Below are positions 12,209-25,040 of a stretch of 64,000 nt of DNA, in pieces. Positions within the stretch are counted from its first letter, which is position 1. Every line of letters starts with the position of its first letter. Where the stretch lies: positions 1-64,000 of the forward strand of contig JAQGDQ010000141.1 in the NCBI GenBank assembly GCA_030141605.1, given 5' to 3'. The notes beneath the pieces were generated by a model. It was given only the letters and a program-made list of their open reading frames with translations, was not told the origin of the DNA and searched no databases. The DNA comes from Tubiluchus corallicola. Taxonomy: Eukaryota > Animalia > Priapulida. Position numbers and translations under genes: made by a program.

Positions 12209-15200
12209 GTTTCCTTCTTCTATCCAAGACAAGGTGACTGCTTACATTCTTCTACCCAAGACAACGTGACTGCTTATCTTCTTCTATCCAAGATCCAAGA
12301 CAAGGTGACTGCTTACATTCTTCTACCCAAGACAAGGTGACTGCTTATCTTCTTCTATCCAAGATCCAAGACAAGGTGACTGCTTACCTTTTTCTATCCA
12401 ACAAGGTGACTGCTTACATTCTTCTACCCAAGACAAGGTGACTGCTTTCCTTTTTCTACCCAAGACAAAGTGACTGCTTACCTTCTTCTACCCAAGATAA
12501 AGTGACTGCTTACTTTCTTTCACCCAAGACAAGGTAACTGCTTACATTCTTCTACCTAAGACAAGGTGACTGCTTTCCTTCTTCTATCCAAGACAAGGTG
12601 ATTGCTTACCTTCTTCTATCCAAGACAAGGTGACTGCTTACCTTCTATCCAACAAGGTGACTGCTTTCCTTCTTCTATCCAAGACAAGGTGATTGCTTAC
12701 CTTCTTCTACCTAAGACAAGGTGACTGCTTTCCTTCTTCTATCCAAGACAAGGTGATTGCTTACCTTCTTCTATCCAAGACAAGGTGACTGCTTACCTTC
12801 TTCTATCCAACAAGGTGACTGTTTACCTTCTTCTATCCAAGACAAGGTGACTGCTTACCTTTTCTATCCAACAAGGTGACTGCTTACCTTCTTCTTTCCA
12901 AGACAAGGTGACTGCTTACCTTCTTCTATCCAAGACAATGTGACTGCTTACCTTTTACCTAAGACAATGTGACTGCTTACCTTCTTCTAACCGAGACAAG
13001 GTGACTGCTTACCTTCTTCTATCCAAGACATGGTGACTGCTTACCTTCTTCTATCTAAGACAAGGTGACTGCCTACCTTCTTCTTTCCAAGACAAGGTGA
13101 CTGCTTACCTTCTTCTATCCAAGGCAATGTGACTGCTTACCTTTTACCTAAGACAATGTGACTGCTTACCTTCTTCTAACCGAGACAAGGTGACTGCTTA
13201 CCTTCTTCTATCCAAGACATGGTGACTGCTTACCTTCTTCTATCTAAGACAAGGTGACTGCCTACCTTCTTCTACCCAAGACAAGGTGACTGCTTACCTT
13301 CTTCTACCCAAGACAAGGTGACTGCTTACCTTCTTCTGCCCAAGACAAAGTGACCGCTTACCTTCTTCTACCCAAGATAAAGTGACTGCTTACATTCTTT
13401 CACCCAAGACAAGGTGACTGCTTACATTCTTCTATCCAAGACAAGGTGACTGCTCGCATTCTTCTATCCAAGACAAGGTGACTGCTTACCTTCTTCTATC
13501 CAAGACAAGGTGATTGCTTACCTTCTTCTACCCATGTCAAGGTGACTGCTTACCTTCTTCTACCCAAGACAAGGTGACTGCTTACCTTCTTCTACCCAAG
13601 ACAAGGTGACTGCTTACCTTCTTCTACCCATGTCAAGGTGACTGCTTACTTTCTTCTATCCAAGACAAGGTTACTGCTTACCTACTTCTACCCAAGACAA
13701 GGTGGCTGCTTACCTTCTTCTACCCAAGACAAGGTGACTGCTTATCTTCTTCTATCCAAGATCCAAGACAAGGTGACTGCTTACATTCTTCTACCCAAGA
13801 CAAGGTGACTGCTTATCTTCTTCTATCCAAGATCCAAGACAAGGTGACTGCTTACCTTTTTCTATCCAACAAGGTGACTGCTTACATTCTTCTACCCAAG
13901 ACAAGGTGACTGCTTTCCTTTTTCTACCCAAGACAAAGTGACTGCTTACCTTCTTCTACCCAAGATAAAGTGACTGCTTACTTTCTTTCACCCAAGACAA
14001 GGTAACTGCTTACATTCTTCTACCTAAGACAAGGTGACTGCTTTCCTTCTTCTATCCAAGACAAGGTGATTGCTTACCTTCTTCTATCCAAGACAAGGTG
14101 ACTGCTTACCTTCTATCCAACAAGGTGACTGCTTTCCTTCTTCTATCCAAGACAAGGTGATTGCTTACCTTCTTCTACCTAAGACAAGGTGACTGCTTTC
14201 CTTCTTCTATCCAAGACAAGGTGATTGCTTACCTTCTTCTATCCAAGACAAGGTGACTGCTTACCTTCTTCTATCCAACAAGGTGACTGCTTACCTTCTT
14301 CTATCCAAGACAAGGTGACTGCTTACCTTTTCTATCCAACAAGGTGACTGCTTACCTTCTTCTTTCCAAGACAAGGTGACTGCTTACCTTCTTCTATCCA
14401 AGACAATGTGACTGCTTACCTTTTACCTAAGACAATGTGACTGCTTACCTTCTTCTAACCGAGACAAGGTGACTGCTTACCTTCTTCTATCCAAGACATG
14501 GTGACTGCTTACCTTCTTCTATCTAAGACAAGGTGACTGCCTACCTTCTTCTTTCCAAGACAAGGTGACTGCTTACCTTCTTCTATCCAAGACAATGTGA
14601 CTGCTTGCATTCTTCTATCCAAGACAAGGTGACTGCTTACCTTCTTCTAACCGAGACAAGGTGACTGCTTACCTTCTTCTATCCAAGACATGGTGACTGC
14701 TTACCTTCTTCTATCTAAGACAAGGTGACTGCCTACCTTCTTCTACCCAAGACAAGGTGACTGCTTACCTTCTTCTACCCAAGACAAGGTGACTGCTTAC
14801 CTTCTTCTGCCCAAGACAAAGTGACTGCTTACCTTCTTCTATCCAAGATAAAGTGACTGCTTACATTCTTTCACCCAAGACAAGGTGACTGCTTACATTC
14901 TTCTATCCAAGACAAGGTGACTGCTTGCATTCTTCTATCCAAGACAAGGTGACTGCTTACCTTCTTCTACCCAAGACAAGGTGACTGCTTACCTTCTTCT
15001 ACCCATGTCAAGGTGACTGCTTACCTTCTTCTACCCAAGACAAGGTGACTGCTTACCTTCTTCAACCCAAGACAAGGTGACTGCTTACCTTCTTCTACCC
15101 ATGTCAAGGTGACTGCTTACTTTCTTCTATCCACGACAAGGTTACTGCTTACCTACTTCTACCCAAGACAAGGTGGCTGCTTACCTTCTTCTACCCAAGA

Positions 15201-15236
15201 CAAGGTGACTGCTTAGCTTCTTCTACCCAAGACAAA
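12209..15236. repeat. 32-bp minisatellite array, ~95 units, two ~1.47-kb higher-order blocks
   Basis: Unit CCAAGACAAGGTGACTGCTTACCTTCTTCTA(T/C); diagnostic variants recur at ~1470 offset (12273/13741; 13681/15152). Confidence 0.97.
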
Positions 15237-15267
15237 TGTGACACTGTACAGCTACATGTAACTTTTG

Positions 15268-15870
15268 TGTAACACTTTTAACACACCTCAGAAGTGCTCG
15301 TGCCAATATTTTTCTAAACTTTAGTTCTCGTACTCCAACTTACATTAGTACTTTAACACATTGTACATTACATTTAGAAATAAATCTAATCTAATTGGTA
15401 ATCTGATCTGCTTGGTAATTTAATTGATCTATTAAATCACCATGACATGTTGTTTACATGTTTACAGATTGTTCGTCAATGGCTCTAATTATTTTCAAAA
15501 TTATTTTTGCTTAAAATTTCTCAATAATTATGCATATAAGTGTATTGAGTAGTATCGTTGTACACGCTTGTCGAATATGCAGCTAACTAGTATTAATTCA
15601 TTAACTTTTGCAAATCACAAATTTAAAACCAGCAAAATGTAATAGATCATCATGTTTGTGATTTGTTGCCAAACTGCACATTTGAACTGCCAACTAAAGA
15701 AGCACCAACGTAAAAGGGACGAAAGGGAATTCTAAAGTATATCCCAAATAAAATCCCTTACTAAGTTATATTACCGACCTTCTCTGCTTTTTTATTGGTT
15801 CAGTTAGTTTAACCCACGACAGTGTAAACTCTTTCATTTGTGCTTTTGAAACTACTTCATGTAATTTGGC
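15268..15870 (+). repeat. ~600-bp dispersed repeat, uninterrupted copy
   Basis: Near-identical to ~21094-21527 + ~22010-22075 + ~22700-22780. Confidence 0.85.
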
Positions 15871-16223
15871 ATCCCGGATCATTCAAAGTCAAGCTAATAC
15901 AACCCATTTGTAGTAAAGCAAGGAAACCAGTGAAGCAAAAACATTTGACTGCTTACATTCGTCTACCCAAGACAATTGTACATTCAAATGGCGTGTCGGG
16001 TGTAAATGTCTTCAGTGCCGGGAAGGCAAGATGGCGTTTTTTCAGCGTAATTTTTTTTAGCATTACTTATTAGCAAGCTTAATGCAACCTGATATTATTT
16101 GATTAAGGGCAACTATTATTTACAAATTTCTGTAAAGTTGGAATATTAGAATTTTCCGAAGCGAAACGAATAATAATGAATTTTACAAAATCATTCCCTA
16201 CTGCTTAAAGTCCTCTGTATGAT

Positions 16224-16262
16224 ATGTGTGTGTGTGCGTGCGTGCGTGCGTGTGTGCGTGTG

Positions 16263-16307
<45 letters not shown>

Positions 16308-16366
16308 TGCGTGCGGCGTGCGTGCATGCGTGCGTTCGTGCGTGTGTGTGTGTGTGTGTGTGTGCG
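16224..16366. repeat. (GT)n/(GCGT)n microsatellite
   Basis: Direct reading. Confidence 0.97.
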
Positions 16367-16736
16367 CGCTGTACAGCATATTTTGTACAGCGCTGCCCAA
16401 TGTTTCAGAATCCTCATCAAGACACGCCTTTTGGTTAAACCCGGGCGAAAAGGCGTGACAAACAAAACCATTTCCATACATCCCGAGCAAGGCCTTTTGA
16501 TAAGTCTATACAAAAACTGAAGAATAGGTCCACAAAAATTTTTGATAGTTTCCGAGAGGTGTGATATTTTTAAACTAATATTCAACCAAATAGATACAGT
16601 ATTGTGCTTTAAAACATCCCGTGCACATGTATAACAGAATTGTATCAGCAGTTTAACACAATTGCATGTGTTGTACATAGCCTATACGTTTAGGCCCTCC
16701 GCTTGTTGATTAGCTTTAGGCCCGTGAAGCTCTTAA

Positions 16737-17358
16737 AGGAAGACAGGGTAAACTGCCCAGATTTTCCTATACTACCCCATTTTCGAGCCCGACAAAAAGT
16801 ATACATTTTAACACTATTAATACTACAAAAGGGCTACTGATAATTAAATAATATATTAAGAACTTAATTAACGGCAGGGGAGCTCAACTAGTGATGACAT
16901 CACAAACTAACATGCTTTTCAACAGCAAAAATATTCCACGAGCGTGTTGTATGGCTTTGCGAAAGCGATAATTGAAGTACAGTGCTAGTAAGATATTCTG
17001 TGTGTTGTGCTAAAACTAAGCAAGTTTTAAGATAAAAATTCAAATTTCAAATTTATTGCTGTGCTAACGTATGAGCTGTCGAACGTGTGTAGTTCGTCAT
17101 AAACTAACACTTCTGAACTGAGAGGTACAGCACCTGTTTTTGTTCAATGTGTTTCCGAAATCTAACTAGTGCCCATCTAACTAGCGAATGGCGAAATGCA
17201 TGTAACAGCGAGGAACTGGTGGCTCGAACGCGAAATTGTGTTTGTGTGGTAATAATTCTTTCACGTAAATCATTTTTGAAAAAAAAAAGGTGTTTCCTTT
17301 CATATGTTTTAGAGTAGACTGTTTTGATCTACAGTTTGAGATGGAGTGCGGTTTTGCT
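16737..17358 (+). mobile_element. Kolobok-like non-autonomous DNA transposon, family A, full copy
   Basis: TTAA on both sides, AG...CT termini, short imperfect TIRs (consensus ~AGCAAAAC(A/C)GGA); seven related copies in the window. Confidence 0.75.
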
Positions 17359-18112
17359 TTAACCCTTAAACTCTGTGCGCAATCAGTGTGCAATCAGTGA
17401 AACTCAGAGAAAGGCACAGGCAGTTCCTGTACTCATTCTCAGAATGCAATCCACCTGAATGTGTGTGAGACGTGTACGTGCGGAGAGAAAAACTACCTCC
17501 TACTCATAGTCTGAAAGTGCAGCCCCGTCTACGTGAACAACCTCGTTTTGTTGAAACCTTCCATAGGCTTGCCTTGTTGCTAAGTTCAGTGAACTACATT
17601 CAGTTACTGTCCTTGCTACGCCACTGAAATAGCCGATCGTCCTAGGGCCATCTCCGAAGATAACATTTTACAAATAAACAATGATATTTCTCGCCTGTTT
17701 TATAGAAAGATAAGTTATATACGGCCTCCGTTGACTTTATATAGGTTCCTTGCCCTGCACAACTGGTCTATTCCTGCTTGACTCGTCAACACGAGCGATT
17801 AAAAATAGGGCGTTATATTTTCTAATTTTACCCGACCAACCGACGTACAATAATTTTTGTCGTCACTGAATATTTTAAGCCAATTCTCGGTGCATTGATC
17901 AGCACATGACATCAGCCATTACAGAATGATATCTATTTCACTGCCGTTTAATACATTAGGCACATTCATTGTTTGCGTTGTCAATTCATCTGCTGTTCTG
18001 GGTTGTTAATTGAGACTGTAATAGATGGGTGGGTTTTGTCGAGGAAGTCATCGCAATCCGCCAGGGGAAGCCGCAACGTGGTGCTAGAAATTAGAAAATT
18101 TGCATATCTGTA

Positions 18113-18626
18113 CAGGGTGTCTCAAAAGTTCCTCAGTAATTTGATTTTCCATTTTCTTTGCAGCTAATTCAGCGAGGGCGCTTTCTGGTATATTCTTGTT
18201 AAATATTCAAGAATTATTTGAATCTGCGTTTGATTGCTGAACCATAGTTCACGAAAATGTTGGTGGCATCGAATTACCAACACGAATGCCTGAAATTGTA
18301 ACTACACTTTGAACCACAGATTGAAAAGCTTCGCAGCGATACAGCGTTTTTACACCTCTCTACTCTTCAGTCACCAGAGCAGCTTGTTTGGAAATATCTT
18401 TGCACCCCTTTTTTTATTGCTGCAATGCCCTGGCTCCAGAGTGTGTGTACAGTATGGTTGGTGGTTTGTCAGTTTGTGGTTCCAGTGACAATGCCAGGCA
18501 ATGTTGTTGACAGTTTAATGCCACCAACAATTCTCATTTCCTGCAAGCAAATTAACGTTTGGCTCCTCTAGCAACTGCTATTTTAATAAAATTTCAATAA
18601 TAATGAGGGACTTTTGAAACACCCTG
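18113..18626. mobile_element. Tc1/mariner-like MITE
   Basis: TIRs CAGGGTGTCTCAAAAGTTCCTCA / TGAGGGACTTTTGAAACACCCTG; TA on left, TG (mutated TA) on right. Confidence 0.8.
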
Positions 18627-18759
18627 TGTTCATTCTTCTTATCATTGCTTCATATCAGTCAAATAACTAAATGTCTGTGTCGCACTGGAAAAGACCTACA
18701 ATACTGTACTACAGTAACTCACCGTAAAGGACCTAGTTAGCTAGCATGAGTGAGCTTAA

Positions 18760-19303
18760 AGCAAAACAGGATGATTTTTCATCTTCTACCTGTTTTTGAA
18801 GTACGCTAAACACCTATATAATAACGCAAAAACGTTTCTGATAAGTAAATAATAGGTTAAAAACTCAAAGGTCGGCGATCTTAACTAGTGTTGACACCAC
18901 AGCTGAACATAATTTTTAAGAGCGCAAATATTCCTTGAGCGTGTTGCACTTGTTTGCGAAAGCGAAAACTGACAGCTGTACAACATTCAGTGTGGAGTAC
19001 AAAAACCTGGCAAATTTCGAGTTTAAAATTCAATTTTAAGTTTACTACTGTGCTCACGCATGAGGTCTCGAACGTGTGCATTACGTCATAACTGAACACC
19101 TCTGAACTGAGAGGTACATCACCTATTTTTTGCGCTACGCGCTTCTGATAAGTAGGCGTCAATGCCCTAGTAGCGCAAACGGAAAATTGCGTTGCTAATA
19201 ATTCTTTCACGTAAGTTATTCTTAAAAAATAGTGTGTTTCCTTTCAATATTTTAAAGAGTAGATTGTTTTGACCTACAGTTTAAGATTGTGTCCGGTTTT
19301 CTT
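18760..19303 (+). mobile_element. Kolobok-like family A copy
   Basis: ttaa|agcaaaacaggatg...ccggttttctt|ttaa; body aligns with 16737-17358. Confidence 0.75.
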
Positions 19304-19849
19304 TTAAGTGAATTTGGCAACTCAATCCAACTCTAAACGATCCCTGTTCTCCACATAAAAGCTAGACATTTCTTCAAGCATTAATCGTAAAAAAGAGGAA
19401 CTATGCAAAGCCAGATTTGAGAAACTTCTCTCTACAGCGACACTTTAATTTGCACAACTCTGTAACCAAGTTTAACAGTCTTGTATGTTGCTAATCTAAC
19501 CGGTGCTATGTACCCATATTACGGTACAGTAAAGTACAGATATCAAAGTTTCTCCTGGATCATCAAACTGAAATTAGAATTGCATAAAACCACATTATTT
19601 TGCTATAAATGCTTCAAGCCGCATTAGAAGTGTGTTTTTATGCGCTGTAACTTTGTTTTACGAAGCTTTTACGCAATTAGTTCACGCGTCGCCTGGACTC
19701 GGATGTTTGTACAGCTAGTAGTTTTACACAGAAGGTACTGTTAGGTAGTTAGCTACTACCATAAAATGAAATGAAATGTTGAAGCTTCTACATAATGCGT
19801 CCGTAGGAAAGCAACAGTTATCGGCTGAAACTATATCATTATCGACGTT

Positions 19850-20229
19850 TTCGTCATCATCATCATCATCATCATCATCACGATCAACATTATCACTGTT
19901 GTCCGTATCGTCAACATCGTCATCATTTTCATCTTCTTTTTCTTCTCTTCTTCTTCATCACCATTATCATCACAATCACCAACATCATCGTCGTCGTCGT
20001 TGTCGTCCTCGTCATAGTCGTCATCATCGTCATCACGATCAACGTTATCGCTGTTGTCCTTATCGTCAACATCGTCATCATCATCATCATCATTTTCATC
20101 TTCCTTTTCTTCTCTTCTTCTTCTTCTTCATTATCATCATCATCATCGTCAACATCGTCATCATCATCACCATCATCTTCTTCTTCATCATTATCATCAT
20201 CATCACCAACATCGTCGTCATCATAGTCG

Positions 20230-20305
<76 letters not shown>
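19850..20305. repeat. (CAT)n/(CTT)n/(CGT)n compound trinucleotide repeat
   Basis: Direct reading; source of poly-H/S/I/D/M ORFs. Confidence 0.95.
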
Positions 20306-21529
20306 TGACTAAGGTGTTTAAAATTAAAAAATAATTCTGCAATTAGCGAGAATAGAAAATAGTGAACATTTCTCTTTATGCAGAATCTAAAACTAGAGGT
20401 TTTCTCTTTCAATGCAGGTGTTCAGCCATTTGTGCAGCCGAGAAATCATTGTAACTGAACCACTACTCTTTTCAATTGTTCTTTTCTAACAAATATTATT
20501 CTCTATAGATTTAGTGCTAAACTGATCTAACTCACCGACAGCAACGCCACCAACAACACCATGGCCGCCGCCACCACTACTACCACCGGCGGCAGCATCA
20601 GCTGTAGCAGCAGGTATTAAGGTTAAGTATGGCCGCCTGTCTGTGTGGATGTATGACCTTAGGCATTTCTTTAAACATGTCATTAAACGTTTCTTTTGCT
20701 ATTCTTTTCACAATCTTGTAAACTCTTCTTTCAATATCCGTTCGCTAAAGAAACTTCAGCATCCCGTTAGCAGCTGTTTGGCTTTCATCCGGCATTGAAG
20801 CGCTGTGTGTTAAGACTTAAGAGCCTTTGCTTGGAATACAATGTTAATGTGGTGTTGAAGTCTCGCGTCTAGGGGCAACTCGATACGAAGCCCCGCAGGT
20901 CATTAGATCCTTGTAGAATACTGTGTGACTTTCAGCACTTAAACTGCTACTTCTCCATGCGAGTTCAAGCATGTGGTAAGAGAGAAGACAAATCTCAAGG
21001 ACCTCCTTGGCTTCAGAATCAACACGGCTACAAGAGATGAAGTCAATTTCACAAGTTCAGAGCAAATATACGAATATGGTGGTACATATGCATGTAACAC
21101 TTTTAACACACCTCAGAAGTGCTCGTGCCAATATTTTTCCAAACTTTAATTCTCGTATTCCAACTTGCATTAGTACTTTAATACATTGTATATTACATTT
21201 AAAAATAAATCTAATTTAATTGGTAATCTAATCTGATTGGTAATTTAATTGATGTATTTAATCACCTTGTCATGTTGTTTACATGTTTACAGATTGTACG
21301 TCAATGGCTCTAGTTATTTTCAAAATTATTTTTGGTTAAAATTTCTCAATAATTATGCATATAAGTGTATTGAGTAGTATCGTTGTACACGCTTGTCGAA
21401 TATACATCTAACTAGTGTTAATTCATTAACTTTTGCAAATCGCCAAATTAAAACGAGCAAAATGTAATAGAACATCATGTTTGTGAACTGTAGTCAAGCT
21501 GCACATTTGAACTGCCAACTAAAGAAGTA

Positions 21530-22005
21530 TATATATATAATAATCTTTATTTGCCATTAAAATACATTGATAATCACTGATAAAAACTTTACAGAGATAA
21601 TCAATCAGTGTTAGTTATTAAAAACTTACACTGCTGAAGGCAAATGCGTCAGTGCAATCTAAACTACTGTGCAGTAATGGAAAGTAACGACGAATAAAAT
21701 CAAACATATTTACAACTATGCACAAAAAATGAAAAAACCATGATTTAATTAATATGGCCGTGGATATATGAATTCTTTATTAGTGTGTATGTTGTCGTAC
21801 TGGTGTGATGGTATTTCATATCTGGTTAATATTAATGATTTTAATTTTGTTTTAAATGCTGATAGGGACTTGATTTGTTTAACCTGTAATGGTAGAGAAT
21901 TTCAAAGTAGAATTGCTTGTTTGATTACAGAGTTAGTTCCATAGTGGGTATTTGTCCTAATTTGTTTTAGATTGCTTGTTCTGGAATTAACGATAGGATT
22001 TGGAG
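21530..22005 (-). mobile_element. CR1/L2-group LINE 3' end inserted in the second copy of the 600-bp repeat
   Basis: Minus translation RTNTHYGTNSVIKQAILL*NSLPLQVKQIKSLSAFKTKLK; flanks rejoin relative to the copy at ~15700. Confidence 0.75.
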
Positions 22006-22939
22006 TAGTAACGTAAAAGAGAAGAAAAGGGAATTCTAAAGTATATCCCAAATAACGTCCCTTACTAAGTTATATATTTATCATTACACTCACCTACTTG
22101 AAAGACTCGTGTAATTAAAAAAGAAAATTCTTAATGATTTAAAATGTTCGCTCCACCTGGTAACACGGCATTACATCGCCATCCCAGATTGCACCACTGA
22201 TCCACTAAAAAAACACATTATTATTATTCTTTTACTTTATTATTTATTATTATTATCACATTCAGTACAATATAATGACGCTAAGCACACAGTGACATCA
22301 ACATTATGACATCATACTGTATTAAATTGTTATGTTTCCTACACTATCGTTATCATAAAAGAATAATTGTACTGCAGTGGCTAGAGAAGCAAAGGCTTGT
22401 ATAAGCCCACTGTCATGTGAACCCGATAAAAAAAGAATGGATGAGTGAACAATAAAAGAACTGGGAGAAAGGTTAGATCACACAGAAAGGGTAGAAGGAT
22501 GTGTTAGTGGAAATGGTAGGAAGAAAGATAATAGATTGCGCTATGTTGACATCAGCTCTAAAGATTTATCAATGGTGTCTTGTTTTGCGTAATCTGTACA
22601 TTATTGATCTTATTGACAATATTGTACTGAACGCCCCCATTCACGATGAATATGAGTTTGTGTGAAGCCAAGTTATGCATTTAGCCATTAAAAAAGCGAT
22701 TTTCTCTGCTCTTCTTACTGGTTCAGTTAGTTTAGCCCACAGCTGTGTAAACTCTTTTTTCAAAGTACTTCATGTAATTTGCAAATAAAGGTATTGTTTT
22801 TCTTACACATTATTCCATAGTTTCACAGATGGAAATCAGAATAGGATGTTATAGACTGCTTGGTCTCCGCATCTGCTGGTACCGGTTGAAACTGCGTAGT
22901 TTTAGCCATTGAGATACCGCCTGCAGTTCAATATAAAGT

Positions 22940-23400
22940 AATTAATACTTTTTTGCTTACCTACAAAGTAGTGTGAAACGAACGCTCTGATTATTTTGTA
23001 AAACTTACGCAGTGCTATCTAACTTTGAATCAAAAGACTTACTGACAAAATGGCTGCACCTAACGATTTGCGATATTTTTGATTTGCAAATTTTATACAG
23101 CGTTGCGGGCCCTAACGCAAGTTCTGCGTGCAATGACAAAGCATGTTAGTGATATAATGTGAATTTTTTCGCTTTATTTATAAAGAGTGTTTTCTTGCGC
23201 TTTGAATTTAAACGTATTTTACAGACATCTATTGCCATCAGTAACCAAACCAGCGGAGATATTAGTCTTATTACTCTGGTACTGATATGACTAAATAATA
23301 ATAGTTAATAGTAAAACAATCTAAGATGTAGATTCGTCGACAAAAAAACAGACTTTCGTCCTGGGTGTGAGTCTAGTATGCTTAAACGATCTAATCTGTG
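22940..23400 (+). mobile_element. Family B dispersed element, left arm of an inverted pair
   Basis: Shares aaaatggctgcacctaacg and flanks with 24665-25040 (-), 33640-33950 (-), 42400-42660 (+), 59690-59820 (-). Confidence 0.7.
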
Positions 23401-23774
23401 GTTCATGTGAAACCAATTTGTGGATACATTTACAGCACAGTGTTGGCTTGCATGGGATGTTAACCAGGTCGGGTTCCCCACTGTTGCTTTTCTAATTCTA
23501 TATGTCTGTTCTACCGATCCAATCACAACAAACATTGGTGTTCTACCTCCTGCAATGTGTGCTAATTATGCTGAACAAGAGGGCGTGCCAGTGAAGGCGC
23601 GAATTTATAAAGAATGAAAAAAGAAAAGTGATTATACAGTTATACAGTGTGTTTGTACAAATTCCTGTTCAAATACATAATTACAGAAATTCTGTGCACA
23701 ATAGATTAGATCGTTTAAGTATTCTAGAGTCACAACAAGGAAGAAAGTCTAGTTTTTCTCGACAAATCTATATC

Positions 23775-24590
23775 TTATGTTATGTTTTATTATATGTTGT
23801 GTTGTGTTGTGTTGTGTTGTGTTGTGTTGTGGTGTGGTGTGGTGTGGTGTGGTGTGGTGTGGTGTGGTGTGGTGTGGTGTGGTGTGGTGTGGTGTGGTGT
23901 GGTGTGGTGTGGTGTGGTGTGGTGTTGTGTGGTGTGGTGTGGTGTTGTGTGGTGTAGTGTGGTGTGGTGTTTTGTAGTGTGGTGTTGTGTGGTGTGGTGT
24001 GGTGTGGTGTGGTGTGGTGTGGTGTGTGTGGTGTGGTGTGGTGTGGTGTGTGGTGTGGTGTGGTGTGGTGTGGTGTGGTGTGGTGTGGTGTGGTGTGGTG
24101 TGGTGTGGTGTGGTGTGGTGTGGTGTGGTGTGGTGTGGTGTGGTGTGGTGTGGTGTGGTGTGGTGTGGTGTGGTGTGGTGTGGTGTGGTGTGGTGTTGTG
24201 TTGTGTTGTGTTGTGTTGTGTTGTGTTGTGTTATGTTATGTTATGTTATGTTATGTTATGTTATGTTATGTTATGTTATGTTATGTTATGTTATGTTATG
24301 TTATGTTATATTATATTATATTATATTATATTATATTATATTATATTATATTATATTATATTATATTATATTATATTATATTATATTATATTATATTATA
24401 TTATATTATATTACATTACATTACATTACATTACATTACATTACATTACATTACATTACATTACATTACATTACATTACATTACATTACATTACATTACA
24501 TTACATTATATTATATTATATTATATTATATATTATAACTATATAATATATATAGAATATATTATAGTTATTATATATATATATATATAA
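23775..24590. repeat. Compound pentanucleotide microsatellite TTGTG/TGGTG/TTATG/TTATA/TTACA
   Basis: Direct reading. Confidence 0.98.
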
Positions 24591-24664
24591 GATTCGAGGC
24601 TACAGCTCCGACGACAGCACCATTTTCTGCCGTCTATACGTCAAACGAAAGGTCCCGATCTATT

Positions 24665-25040
24665 TATTTAATTAAACCAGTACCAGAGTAATATGACTAA
24701 TAATATGGAGAGTTTGGTCATTGGACATTGGACATTGATGGCAATAGATGTCTGTAACATAAGTAAAAATTTAAAACACAAGAAAACACTTTACATAAAT
24801 TAAGTTTAAAAATTTATCGCACAAATTATATCACTTATATGCTGTCTCATTAAACGCAGAACTCGCGTTAGCAGTAACGCTGTTTAAAACTTGTAAATCG
24901 AAAATACCGTTGATCGTTAGGTGCAGCCATTTTGAGAATAAGTCTTTTAATACAAGTTTAGATAACATTGCGTAAAGTTTGAAAATATAATGAGAACATT
25001 TGTAGCATACTCTTTCCTAGGTAAGCCAACAAGTTTTAAT
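24665..25040 (-). mobile_element. Family B element, right arm of the inverted pair
   Basis: Reverse-complement match to 22940-23300 (e.g. gatggcaatagatgtctgtaa; cgttaggtgcagccatttt). Confidence 0.7.

Noticed and set aside
12209-15236. CRISPR array (32-bp repeats)
   Set aside because: Units are head-to-tail with no unique spacers, no cas genes, and the context is eukaryotic
19776-20342. His/Ser/Asp-rich ORFs
   Set aside because: (CAT)n repeat open in several frames on both strands; no splice or domain support
20561-20613. caccATGG mini-ORF (MAAATTTTTGGSISCSS) ending at CAG|GTATTA as PKC first exon
   Set aside because: Donor is phase 2 but the acceptor at 30940 needs phase 1; sequence is a decayed trinucleotide repeat
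23628-24590. Long CGVVW/YYIIL ORFs up to 254 aa
   Set aside because: Pentamer microsatellite without stop codons
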